Shown: piece after piece, positions 17,309 through 25,784 of the stretch
Layout: every line of letters begins with the position of its first letter
Position numbering within the stretch: position 1 is the stretch's first letter
Assembly (NCBI GenBank): GCA_021443125.1
Contig: JABUUQ010000001.1
Span: 1-27,284 of the forward strand
Direction: 5' to 3'
Origin: Bacteroidales bacterium
GTDB taxonomy: Bacteria > Bacteroidota > Bacteroidia > Bacteroidales > P3
DNA length: 27,284 bases
Notes under the pieces: model-generated
Database searches by the model: none
What the model saw: the letters and a program-made list of their open reading frames with translations, nothing else
What the model was told of the DNA's origin: nothing
Made by a program: the position numbers and the translations under genes

Positions 17309-17381
17309 TTTCCTCCTAAAATGAGTATTATTTTTTAAAAAATAAATCCCATTAAAAACATTAAAATATTTCTTTAAAACT

Positions 17382-18539
17382 TTATTTTGTATAAGGACTT
17401 AGAACAATATCTGAACGAACTGTTATGTTAAATCTATATCCTTGTGGAATTTCAATGGTTGGCTGTCTATTTAAAATTCTATCTCCCATTTTATTTCCAA
17501 AATTTAATATTACTTCTCCAGCTCCTCTTCCAGCTTCTGTTCTCCAGTCATCTTCTCCGTTATCAGTTACGATTGCACCTCCCGCCCCCATAGCTGATGA
17601 CAAAACAACAGCTTTTAAGAGATCAAAGAAATGGTTGTTGACTTTTCCTGAAAATCCAGCATACCCTGAAAGATCCACTCCATTCATATTACTTAAGCCA
17701 ATATATTTCCCATTAGGAAAAATAAGTCTTTTCCAAACAATTAATAATCTATCTTGGCCATAAGAAATACCACTGTCATATTCTCCTATAACCCTAGTCC
17801 CTTTAGGAATTAATAAAACATTCCCTGTTACTGTATCATATACATCTTCTCTTACTACTGCCACAGATTCAGAGGGTAAATCGGAATTAATTCCAGTTAC
17901 AAGAATAGCTGGTATCATTGTTCCCGCCATAACTTCATATGGAGAAATAGGATTAGCTTCTGTAAATGGATTATAAAAATTTCCTGTCTTGCTATTTTCT
18001 ATAAAATCTTTTTTTTCTTTCTGCATATTTTGTGCCATATATTCATTAGAGGGCATTGATGGAGAAATATATTGTCCTGCTCCTTGATAATTTTCCCCTC
18101 TAGCAGTTGAAGCTGTTTCATTTGTTGAAGTATTTCTTGCAAATTCAAGATTTGAAGTCCTAGCTTGTTCTTCATCCTGAATAAGTTTTGTATAATAAGC
18201 TCTTAATAATTCCGCTCTTTCATCAAAGCCATTATAATTTCCATTATCAACAATTACATTATTACTTACTGGTTGTTCAGTAATTGTTGTTTCTTGCTTT
18301 ACAGGTTTCTTTTCTGTTTTAATAAAATATTGATCTGTTATAGGCAGTTCTTCACTTGTTAAATTTTCATGTTGTTGCTCTTTCTTTACTTCTTTTTTTG
18401 TATTATTATCTTCTCTCTGATATAAAGCATTTGCAATTGCAAGTATAAAAATTAAAAAAACTAATAAAGAACCAGCATATATGATTTGCTTTTTTATCTG
18501 ACTTGCTACTTTTGGTGTATCTCCTGTTTCTATTCCCAT
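17382..18539 (-). CDS. trbI: TrbI / VirB10
   Basis: TM anchor; GTMIPAILVTGINSDLP, DVYDTVTG..LLIPKGT, GQDRLLIVW, RQPTIEIPQG. Confidence 0.95.
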   Translation of the reverse strand: MGIETGDTPKVASQIKKQIIYAGSLLVFLIFILAIANALYQREDNNTKKEVKKEQQHENLTSEELPITDQYFIKTEKKPVKQETTITEQPVSNNVIVDNGNYNGFDERAELLRAYYTKLIQDEEQARTSNLEFARNTSTNETASTARGENYQGAGQYISPSMPSNEYMAQNMQKEKKDFIENSKTGNFYNPFTEANPISPYEVMAGTMIPAILVTGINSDLPSESVAVVREDVYDTVTGNVLLIPKGTRVIGEYDSGISYGQDRLLIVWKRLIFPNGKYIGLSNMNGVDLSGYAGFSGKVNNHFFDLLKAVVLSSAMGAGGAIVTDNGEDDWRTEAGRGAGEVILNFGNKMGDRILNRQPTIEIPQGYRFNITVRSDIVLSPYTK

Positions 18540-18542
18540 AAA

Positions 18543-19331
18543 TTAAACACCCTTTCTCTTGAAAATAACTCTCTTCTTTCCAAGTTGAAGTGCTCCTTCT
18601 TGAAAAGTTCTATCAACTATCAAATAATTTCCTTTTACTCTATAATTAACAGTTAAAAGTTTGCCATTTTCTTTCATGAATAACGCTGGAAGCTCTTGTA
18701 AATTTGACTTCATAACAAGAAATGTTTTTTTGCCATCATCAAATATAGTTGATGGTACAAAATCATATTTTTTAGTACTAACAGTATAAGAATAATTTAA
18801 TTTGCTTGGATCAGTCAAAGTCATTTCTTCTTCACTATTTCTTTTTGTTCTTTCTGCTAATTCAATTTCTTTAGGATATAACCATTTAACCATTGGGTTA
18901 TACCATTCTCTGGCACTTGTTACATTAATGTTATAAATTCTTTTATTAGTAAAAATTGAAATATTAGTCTTTACCATTTTTTCTTCATTAAAACTGATAG
19001 GTTTTATAATAATTGCACTTCTTTCCCCATCAGATGATCCTGTATTTACTTCTCTTATTCTCCATCTTGCAGTATCTCCCGCATTAACAGAAGTAACTTG
19101 CTCATCAGGACTTAATAACAAAGTTGTAGTGTTGTTTACACGGCAATAAATGTTATAAATTTTATCCTCTTCATAGAAAAATGTTGTTGTAACATTTTTC
19201 TTTGCTTCTTTTTCTCCTGAAAGAATAACTGCATTTTCTGATGGATATATTTTATCCATCAAAATTTCTTCAACTTCTGCATAAGAAGCTAACGACATAA
19301 CCAAAAAAATAAATGTGAAATATTTTTTCAT
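18543..19331 (-). CDS. trbG: TrbG / VirB9
   Basis: Signal peptide; AGDTARW, IFTNKRIYNI, IFDDGKKTF, VNYRV..NYLIVDR. Confidence 0.92.
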   Translation of the reverse strand: MKKYFTFIFLVMSLASYAEVEEILMDKIYPSENAVILSGEKEAKKNVTTTFFYEEDKIYNIYCRVNNTTTLLLSPDEQVTSVNAGDTARWRIREVNTGSSDGERSAIIIKPISFNEEKMVKTNISIFTNKRIYNINVTSAREWYNPMVKWLYPKEIELAERTKRNSEEEMTLTDPSKLNYSYTVSTKKYDFVPSTIFDDGKKTFLVMKSNLQELPALFMKENGKLLTVNYRVKGNYLIVDRTFQEGALQLGKKRVIFKRKGV

Positions 19332-19411
19332 AATTCTCTATCTCCTTAAAAATTTTATATTTAGATGTTCAAGTAAAAATATTTTTCCCTCCCAGCAACC
19401 CACCCTAAACC

Positions 19412-19504
19412 AACGACGAAGTCGTTAATCATTTTTCTCTTGGATTTCAGGACTGATTATATTAAAAATAATAAAAAGGTAAGTAGTCCGTTCGCTGTAA
19501 GCGA
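19412..19504 (+). other. Two GNA-triloop hairpins in the 195-bp trbF-trbG spacer (candidate ssDNA signal)
   Basis: AACGAC-GAA-GTCGTT (19412-19426) and TCGCT-GTA-AGCGA (19492-19504). Confidence 0.45.
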
Positions 19505-19526
19505 GAAAGCCATCATAAGGGAACTT

Positions 19527-20174
19527 CTACTTTTCCACAGTTAATGAAAAGTCTAAAATTTTAATTCCCAATGGATTGTTTTCTAAGTCAGCTAATGTTT
19601 CAGGAACTTCAACTGTAATTGTAAATATTCCTGTATAATTTCTTCTTTGTACTATTTCCCCTATTCCATCAATTAATGTTTCATTCCATCTAATCTGATA
19701 AGAATTTTCTGTATTAGCCATTTTTACTAAACTTTGTATTTGCATATCACGGGTATAGTTTTCATTTATCAAATCATTTATTTTTTCATTTTCAATCATT
19801 TGTAAATATTTTTTTAATGATCTTGGTTTTAAAAAAAATCTATTTGTTGTAAAAGAAGCATTAACTACATCAACATCACTAGAAAGTGTTCTAGCCCTTT
19901 TTAAAAATTCTCTTAAGAAATATTCTCTTTCATTTTCTGTAGGAATATATTTTTTTAAACTTGCTTGATTTATTCCCTTTGCATTCCCTGTTTCATCAAC
20001 CTCTATTACATAAGGTATAAGATTACTTCTAGTAGTTAAATATCCAGCTATTGAAAAGGAACAAATTGTTAAAACCATTGAGGCAAAAAATGCCATTTTC
20101 CATGAATGAAGAGCTTTAGCTTGACGAGCGTATAAATCTTCATGTTCTCTCTTTGCATTTTCATATCTACTCAT
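19527..20174 (-). CDS. trbF: TrbF / VirB8 family
   Basis: One TM helix, IPYVIEVD..G, SYQIRW.E, NPLGI.I..FS. Start at ATG 20174 given RBS GGAG. Confidence 0.9.
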   Translation of the reverse strand: MSRYENAKREHEDLYARQAKALHSWKMAFFASMVLTICSFSIAGYLTTRSNLIPYVIEVDETGNAKGINQASLKKYIPTENEREYFLREFLKRARTLSSDVDVVNASFTTNRFFLKPRSLKKYLQMIENEKINDLINENYTRDMQIQSLVKMANTENSYQIRWNETLIDGIGEIVQRRNYTGIFTITVEVPETLADLENNPLGIKILDFSLTVEK

Positions 20175-20183
20175 AATCAACTC

Positions 20184-20507
20184 CTATATAAAGACTGCTG
20201 AACTTGTAAATTTATAAAATGCTGTAATTATTCCAGTTGCTCCAAAAGCTATCCCTAAAGCTATAACAATTTTTAAGCCTCTACTCATTCCAGCCCCATG
20301 TCCATCAGACATAGCCCAAGTCAAAGCGGTTATAACAATCGCTATTGTTCCAACTCCAAGTGCAACTGGACCAGAAATTGACTTAGATAAGTCATTTGTG
20401 TTCTCTTCCCAAACTAGCCCCTTTCCAGATGTACTCGCTACTGCTGTTGTACTTTTAATTATTCCTCCTAGTAACAGAGTTTTGAAAAAATTTTTTCTGT
20501 TTTTCAT
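20184..20507 (-). CDS. trbC: TrbC / VirB2 major pilin
   Basis: Signal peptide, GLVWE...SISGPVA motif, two hydrophobic helices; RBS AGGAGG. Confidence 0.88.
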   Translation of the reverse strand: MKNRKNFFKTLLLGGIIKSTTAVASTSGKGLVWEENTNDLSKSISGPVALGVGTIAIVITALTWAMSDGHGAGMSRGLKIVIALGIAFGATGIITAFYKFTSSAVFI

Positions 20508-20540
20508 TTGAAAAACCTCCTTTTAAATTTGTTGTATCCC

Positions 20541-20568
20541 ATTATAAAACAAAAAAAAAAAAAAACAA
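20541..20568 (-). promoter_or_regulatory. trb operon promoter with an A15/T15 homopolymer in the -35/-10 spacer
   Basis: Minus strand: TTGTTT (20568-20563), 16-bp spacer, TATAAT (20546-20541); A15 at 20551-20565. Confidence 0.65.
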
Positions 20569-20579
20569 CCATTTTATAG

Positions 20580-20608
20580 TTGATTTTTATTTTAACTTAG
20601 TATATAAT
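20580..20608 (+). promoter_or_regulatory. Divergent promoter TTGATT-17-TATAAT towards oriT/mobA
   Basis: TTGATT 20580-20585, TATAAT 20603-20608; back-to-back with the trb promoter. Confidence 0.6.
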
Positions 20609-20736
20609 TAACTAAGAAAAGTTTAATAGTAGGTAATTTTACAAGTTGCTATCTATAAAAAATAGCAAAAATTTAGAAAAAGAGGCTTTATTCAAAAAGA
20701 CATGAATATCCCTCTTAATTTTTTTAAAAATTATAG

Positions 20737-20778
20737 AGGGCACGTTTAAGGGTATCTCGTACCGAGATACCCAACGTG
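20737..20778 (-). other. oriT: Origin of transfer (MOBQ-type), variant nic core
   Basis: Minus strand: GGGTATCTCG-GTA-CGAGATACCC, T, then TAAACGTGCCCT. Same layout as MOBQ oriTs (IR + TAAGTGCG^CCCT); about 135 bp upstream of the relaxase. Confidence 0.72.
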
Positions 20779-20911
20779 ATTTTTTCTTTCAGAAAAAATG
20801 TCGCAATGCTCAACCCTAAAGGGTGTTGACTTTGTCAACGTCAACCAATCATCAGCTTATAGCTGACCGCCCAATCTTGGACTTGATAAAAAAATTTTAG
20901 GAGGCTAAATC

Positions 20912-23395
20912 TTGGCAATTTATTTTTGTAGATTAAGTCATGGTAAAGTTGGTAGTGGTATTCCACACTATCAATATATTCACGGTTTAGGAAAATACAG
21001 CTATAAAGAAAATGAAGTTGCATACAAAACTGAACATATGCCAGAATGGGCTTCTGCTGATGGAGAAAATTTTTTTCAGAATGCTGATGAACACGAAGGG
21101 GCTAATAGAGCAGTTTATAAAGAAATAAAAGTTGCTCTTCCAAATGAATTTTCTTTAGAAAAAAATCAAGAAATTTTAGAAGAATTTCTAAAAAAAGAAC
21201 TTGGAAAAAACTACTATTATTCTGCTGTTATCCATGACAAAGAAATTGAAAAAGGAATAAGACAAAATATTCATGCTCACATAATGTTTTCTACTAGAGA
21301 ACTTGATGGAGTTGAGAGAAACAATGAGTTATTTTTTAAAAAGGCTAATACAAAAAATCCTCATTTGGGAGGGTGTGCTAAAAATCCTAAATGGGATTCT
21401 AACAATAAAAAAACTGTAGAAGAAATTAGATTATCATGGGAACAAACTTTAAATAAGCATTTAATAGAACATGACATTGAACCAGTAAGCAGACTTTCTT
21501 TAAAAGAACAATATCAAAATGCACTTTTAGAAAAAGACTATGACAAGGCAAAACTTTTGAAAAGAAAAGCTATCAATTGTCAAATGCAAATATTAAAAAA
21601 AGTGTCTGCTGATATTCCTCTTAATCGTAGTGAAGAAAAACAATATAAAAAATATTTAAAAGCTAAAGAAGTTAAATACAGACTTGAAAAAGAATATGAG
21701 CAAATTATCACTTCAAGAGAAAAAGTCAATGAGAAGAAAATAGAATTAAATTCAATACAAGAAAAGTTGGCTAGTATAAATCAACCACAAGAATTCATTG
21801 ATAAAAAGTTTAATTCTTTTATTGAAGTAGAACAAGAACTTTTAAAGCTAGAAAAAGAAATACAAATGATAAAAACAGCTTCATCTTTATCTAATGTTCA
21901 GGTATCAGCAATAGAAAGTATTCATACTGGATTTGAAAAATTACATAAGGAACAAGATTTTTATATAGATAAATTAAATTCTTTGGAAAATGCAGAAGAA
22001 GCAGAAGAAGAAAAAATGAAACATTATACTTCCAAGGTAGCCGATATTCAAGAAAAAATAGATGTTATTGTTAAAACAATAAATCCTGATATTTTAAATA
22101 AATTAACTGCTGAAAAGAAAGTAGAATTAAATGAAAAATTAACACATATACAATCTGAAAAAGATCATTTAAGAACAGTAAGAGAAAACTTATATCAACA
22201 GGCAGATATTAATAAAATTGCTATTGATAAAGTTACTCTAAATAATAAATTCGGCTCATCACTTGAAAAGTTGGTAGATCTTGATTATAACTTAAAAGTT
22301 TTAACTAAAAATTTATCTCGAACAGAAAAACAGCTTGATGGAGATAATTTAAAAGAAACAGCAAAAAATATCTTAACAAAAGGCGAATATAGAAAAACTA
22401 CAGAAGAATTAAATCGTTGTATTGACAACATGAATTCCATTGCTAGAAATATAAATGGAGGAATGTATGATGATAGAAAAGATTTATTAATAAAAAAACA
22501 TGAAGAATATGCAAACTTAAAAGAAAAATTAGAAGTATTAAGATCGAAAGAAAATCAATTAAATAAGTATCTTGGTAAATCACATTCTAAACTTATGAAA
22601 ATTGAAAAAAGTATGGAAAATAAACTAAATACAAGACGAGAAAAACTTTTAGATGAAAGATTTATCATGTTACAAGAAATTCAATTTTATAAATTATATC
22701 TAGCAGAGCCAAAAACACAAGATGTTAAAGAGGTTTTTAATTCTAAATATGCAAAATATAAAGATCAAATTGAAATAGCTACTCATGAACTTTCACGCTT
22801 AGAGAAAATTCATGAAATACTTAAAGAAAACTTAAGCCATGCTAATTTAAAAAATCTTGCTTATAACAAAATTACTAAAGGAGAATATAATAAAGTCCTA
22901 AAAGAATACGGCACTTTAGAAAAGCAAATAAAAGACCTTGAAACAGTAAAGAATTCTTTAAGTAGATTAAATCCAAAAGTATTAATTTTAAATGGAGAAA
23001 TCAACAAGTTGGAAAAACAAAAAGAAGATTTGAAAGAAAAATATAAAACTATGCTAAAAGAAATTGATCCAAAAGTATTTAAAGAAACTCTAAAATCATT
23101 AGAAAATCATAGAGCAAAAACACTTGGAAACATCAAAAAACAAATTGGAAAACAAAAAAATATTAAGTTTGAATTTACTGTTAAAAAATCTACTATTTAC
23201 AAGCTAAGAGAAGAAGTTTATCCTTATAGCTTTGAAAAATTTAAAGCTAAAGCTAATACTTTAAATTTATTCCAGAATTATAAGGGTACAGATTATAGTA
23301 GTCATTCTCGAAATCTTTTTGATGAAGAGGAAGAAAGAAGAAAACAAAGGGAAAAAGAAAGAGAAAAATTACAAGAATATGACTTAGAATTATAA
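20912..23395 (+). CDS. mobA: MobA/MobL (MOBQ) relaxase with a long coiled-coil C-terminus
   Basis: TTG start with RBS AGGAGG; MAIY..., HMPEWA, EIKVALPNEFS, IHD...NIHAHIMFSTR (3H motif). Confidence 0.93.
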   Translation: MAIYFCRLSHGKVGSGIPHYQYIHGLGKYSYKENEVAYKTEHMPEWASADGENFFQNADEHEGANRAVYKEIKVALPNEFSLEKNQEILEEFLKKELGKNYYYSAVIHDKEIEKGIRQNIHAHIMFSTRELDGVERNNELFFKKANTKNPHLGGCAKNPKWDSNNKKTVEEIRLSWEQTLNKHLIEHDIEPVSRLSLKEQYQNALLEKDYDKAKLLKRKAINCQMQILKKVSADIPLNRSEEKQYKKYLKAKEVKYRLEKEYEQIITSREKVNEKKIELNSIQEKLASINQPQEFIDKKFNSFIEVEQELLKLEKEIQMIKTASSLSNVQVSAIESIHTGFEKLHKEQDFYIDKLNSLENAEEAEEEKMKHYTSKVADIQEKIDVIVKTINPDILNKLTAEKKVELNEKLTHIQSEKDHLRTVRENLYQQADINKIAIDKVTLNNKFGSSLEKLVDLDYNLKVLTKNLSRTEKQLDGDNLKETAKNILTKGEYRKTTEELNRCIDNMNSIARNINGGMYDDRKDLLIKKHEEYANLKEKLEVLRSKENQLNKYLGKSHSKLMKIEKSMENKLNTRREKLLDERFIMLQEIQFYKLYLAEPKTQDVKEVFNSKYAKYKDQIEIATHELSRLEKIHEILKENLSHANLKNLAYNKITKGEYNKVLKEYGTLEKQIKDLETVKNSLSRLNPKVLILNGEINKLEKQKEDLKEKYKTMLKEIDPKVFKETLKSLENHRAKTLGNIKKQIGKQKNIKFEFTVKKSTIYKLREEVYPYSFEKFKAKANTLNLFQNYKGTDYSSHSRNLFDEEEERRKQREKEREKLQEYDLEL

Positions 23396-23397
23396 AT

Positions 23398-23503
23398 GAG
23401 GCTATGAAGGCGTAAAATCAATTTTAAGGGTAGGGGAAAAATTTGATATGGATTTATTGAATCAAGTTTAAAAAATCGGTTAAAATTGATTTTGCAAAGC
23501 CTC
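23398..23503. repeat. Spaced inverted repeat between mobA and the traD-like gene
   Basis: AAAATCAATTTTAA (23414-23427)/TTAAAATTGATTTT (23480-23493), with outer GAGGCT (23398-23403)/AGCCTC (23498-23503). Confidence 0.6.
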
Positions 23504-23527
23504 AAAGCGTTTAAAAAGAGGTGTTAC

Positions 23528-24004
23528 ATGGATTTATTAAATAAAAAAAGAAAATTAGAAGATAAAATTAAACGAAATGACCGTCAAATGAGAATTGAAC
23601 AAGCTCGTATGACAGAAAAACAAAGAAAAGAAAGAGCTCATCGCTTAATTAAACTTGGAGCACTTTTTGAAATTGCTAAATTAGATCATTTAGAAGCCTC
23701 TGTTTTACTTGGATATTTATTAAACTATCCAAAAGACAGAAATGATTTAATAGATCTTTTTTTTAAAGCTGGAAGTGAAGAACTTGAAAATAGAAAAGTG
23801 AAAAAAAAGAAAATAGATAATTATCATCAGGAAGAAAAAACTTTTACAACAGCTGATATTTTAGCTTTATTTGAATTAGCTCAAGAGAAAAAAGTTGATA
23901 TTGTTTGGGAAATGCAACAAAAATTTAAAAAAAAGTTAATTGAAGATTTAACCTATAGTCAATTTGAATATTTAAGAAATTATGTAATCTTATATAAAAA
24001 TTAA
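23528..24004 (+). CDS. traD: TraD/MobC-like relaxosome accessory protein
   Basis: RKERAHRLIKLGALFE..L....LLGYL pattern; start reassigned to ATG 23528 (RBS GAGGTG). Confidence 0.72.
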   Translation: MDLLNKKRKLEDKIKRNDRQMRIEQARMTEKQRKERAHRLIKLGALFEIAKLDHLEASVLLGYLLNYPKDRNDLIDLFFKAGSEELENRKVKKKKIDNYHQEEKTFTTADILALFELAQEKKVDIVWEMQQKFKKKLIEDLTYSQFEYLRNYVILYKN

Positions 24005-24122
24005 TTTTAAAAAAAATAAGAAAAAAAATCTTATTCTTATTTAAAAAGAATTCTTTTTATCTTATTTAATTATTCTTTTTAGAGCATACTCAAAATGCTT
24101 ATATAGAGATAGTTTTAAATAT

Positions 24123-24267
24123 ATTAATGAGTACTAAAAACTGCAAAATGGAATAATAAAGCGTACCAAAAACTGCATTAATGAGTACTAAAAACTGCAA
24201 AATGGAATAATAAAGCGTACCAAAAACTGCAAAATAAAATATTAATGAGTACTAAAAACTGCAAAAT
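24123..24267 (+). repeat. Iteron array (oriV): 5 copies of GTACYAAAAACTGCA
   Basis: Cores at 24131, 24163, 24185, 24217 and 24249 (spacing 32/22/32/32); includes an exact 54-bp tandem duplication; AT-rich flanks; upstream of rep. Confidence 0.85.
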
Positions 24268-24453
24268 AATTTTTATAAATTTTTTAAGAGGATAATTGAA
24301 TAAAAAAAAAGTTTATTATTTCATATAAATTATGTATTATAGGAATTTATAAATATAATTGTATATATACAATAATAAAAAATAAAATATAGAATTTTTT
24401 ATAAGTTATTCTTGAAATTAAATTTGTAATTTTATTTTTAAAATTTTAGGTAA

Positions 24454-24474
24454 TGTATTACAAGTTGTAATACA
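24454..24474. promoter_or_regulatory. TGTAWTACA-N3-TGTAATACA element, copy 3
   Basis: TGTATTACA-AGT-TGTAATACA; 14 bp upstream of the rep -35. Confidence 0.8.
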
Positions 24475-24488
24475 AAAAAAAATAAAAT

Positions 24489-24517
24489 TTGACTATGTTA
24501 AAAAAAAAAGATACCAT
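24489..24517 (+). promoter_or_regulatory. rep promoter TTGACT-17-TACCAT with A10 in the spacer
   Basis: TTGACT 24489-24494, A10 at 24500-24509, TACCAT 24512-24517. Confidence 0.65.
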
Positions 24518-24545
24518 AAAAAAGTAGACATTGAGAGGAGAGAAA

Positions 24546-25715
24546 ATGAGAGAAAATGAAAAAAAAGATATTGTAATTCATCAAAACAAATTATCTTATG
24601 GAAAATTTGAAGAATTTGAATTAAGGGAATTGAAACTTTTATTAAAATTGATTGCTGAATATTCAAAGGATCCTCAACCTAAAGTTTTTTTAGAGGCTAA
24701 AGATATAAAAAGATTTGTAAATATGGAAAGAGATAATTATTCAGTATTTGAAACTTTGATAAGAAGATTAGGAAAAAGAGAAATATTAATAAAAGATCCA
24801 GAAAAAAATAGATATGTAGTATATCATATCTTTTCAAAATTATATTTTGATTTAGATAATAAGGTAGTAGAACTTAGCTATACTCCTGATTTTTTACCAT
24901 TAATCAGTAATTTAGAGAAAAATTTTTGTAAATATGATTTAGAAAATATAGAAAAATTAAAAAGTAAATATTCAGTATTATTTTATATAAGGGCTAAAGC
25001 TGAAATGTTTAAAAAGAAATTTTATTTAAGTGCTGATGAATTAAGTAGTTTGTATGGTAAAAAATATTTAGAGGATAGAAATCTTGATAAAAAGGTAATT
25101 TTTCCAATGTTGAAAGAAATAAATGAACATACAGACATAGTTATTTCTACAGAAAAGGAATATGAAGCACAGCAGAGGGGAAGAAGTAAAGTTAAGGGAT
25201 ATATATTTAAAATTGATAAAAAAACATTAACTGTATCTCCTGAACTGGAAAAAGCTATTGCCAAAGCTAAAAGAAATATTTATATAGCAAAATCAAAGAC
25301 TTTAAATGATGGAACTGTACAAATTTTACTGGGAAGTATGAATGAAGCTCAATTAATAGCTGGACTTAATAGAGCCTATGAAGTTATAAATAAAGACTTT
25401 ATAGCTCTTAAATATTTACAAAAAGTAATTGAACAAGCAGAAGTTACAGAAAAAAACATTAAAGATAGTAAAGTAGGGGAACCAACAAAGAAGAAAAAAG
25501 AAAAAGAAATTCCTAAAGTTAGTGATGAAATATTAGCAATGGAAATTGAAATAATAAGCTATGCAGTAAATAAAATGAACATAGATAAAGGATTTTTTGA
25601 GACTATGAAGAGAAATAATAATATGCTGTATAAATTGACTTTAGCAGAATATAAAAAAGAAATGGATCAAGAAAAAGAAAAAAAAGAAAAAAGCATTGAT
25701 GGCACAATGCTTTAA
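24546..25715 (+). CDS. rep: Rep_3-family plasmid replication initiator
   Basis: IVIHQNKL, ELKLL..LIA, Y..LISNL..NF..Y....I..LKSKYS..FY, LDKKVI...LKEIN; adjacent to iterons. Start at ATG 24546 (RBS GAGGAG). Confidence 0.88.
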   Translation: MRENEKKDIVIHQNKLSYGKFEEFELRELKLLLKLIAEYSKDPQPKVFLEAKDIKRFVNMERDNYSVFETLIRRLGKREILIKDPEKNRYVVYHIFSKLYFDLDNKVVELSYTPDFLPLISNLEKNFCKYDLENIEKLKSKYSVLFYIRAKAEMFKKKFYLSADELSSLYGKKYLEDRNLDKKVIFPMLKEINEHTDIVISTEKEYEAQQRGRSKVKGYIFKIDKKTLTVSPELEKAIAKAKRNIYIAKSKTLNDGTVQILLGSMNEAQLIAGLNRAYEVINKDFIALKYLQKVIEQAEVTEKNIKDSKVGEPTKKKKEKEIPKVSDEILAMEIEIISYAVNKMNIDKGFFETMKRNNNMLYKLTLAEYKKEMDQEKEKKEKSIDGTML

Positions 25716-25784
25716 AAAAATAAAAAAACAAATATAACTAACTTTATGATAATGGAAATTTAAAGAAAAATCAAGGAGGATTTT

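Noticed and set aside
4237-17763. Plus-strand ORFs in the track (4237, 6046, 6628, 8676, 11696, 14730, 15916, 17425) and minus-strand 7709-7963
   Set aside because: Antisense or off-frame shadows of well-supported genes; no RBS or motifs.
24123-24267. Repeat array as a CRISPR
   Set aside because: The intervening sequences are themselves repeated and too short, there are no cas genes, and the array is adjacent to rep; it fits iterons.
24001-24450. DnaA boxes or parS sites near oriV
   Set aside because: No TTATCCACA-type box or canonical parS palindrome seen by eye; the short palindromes here (e.g. 24359-24372) are almost pure AT and uninformative.
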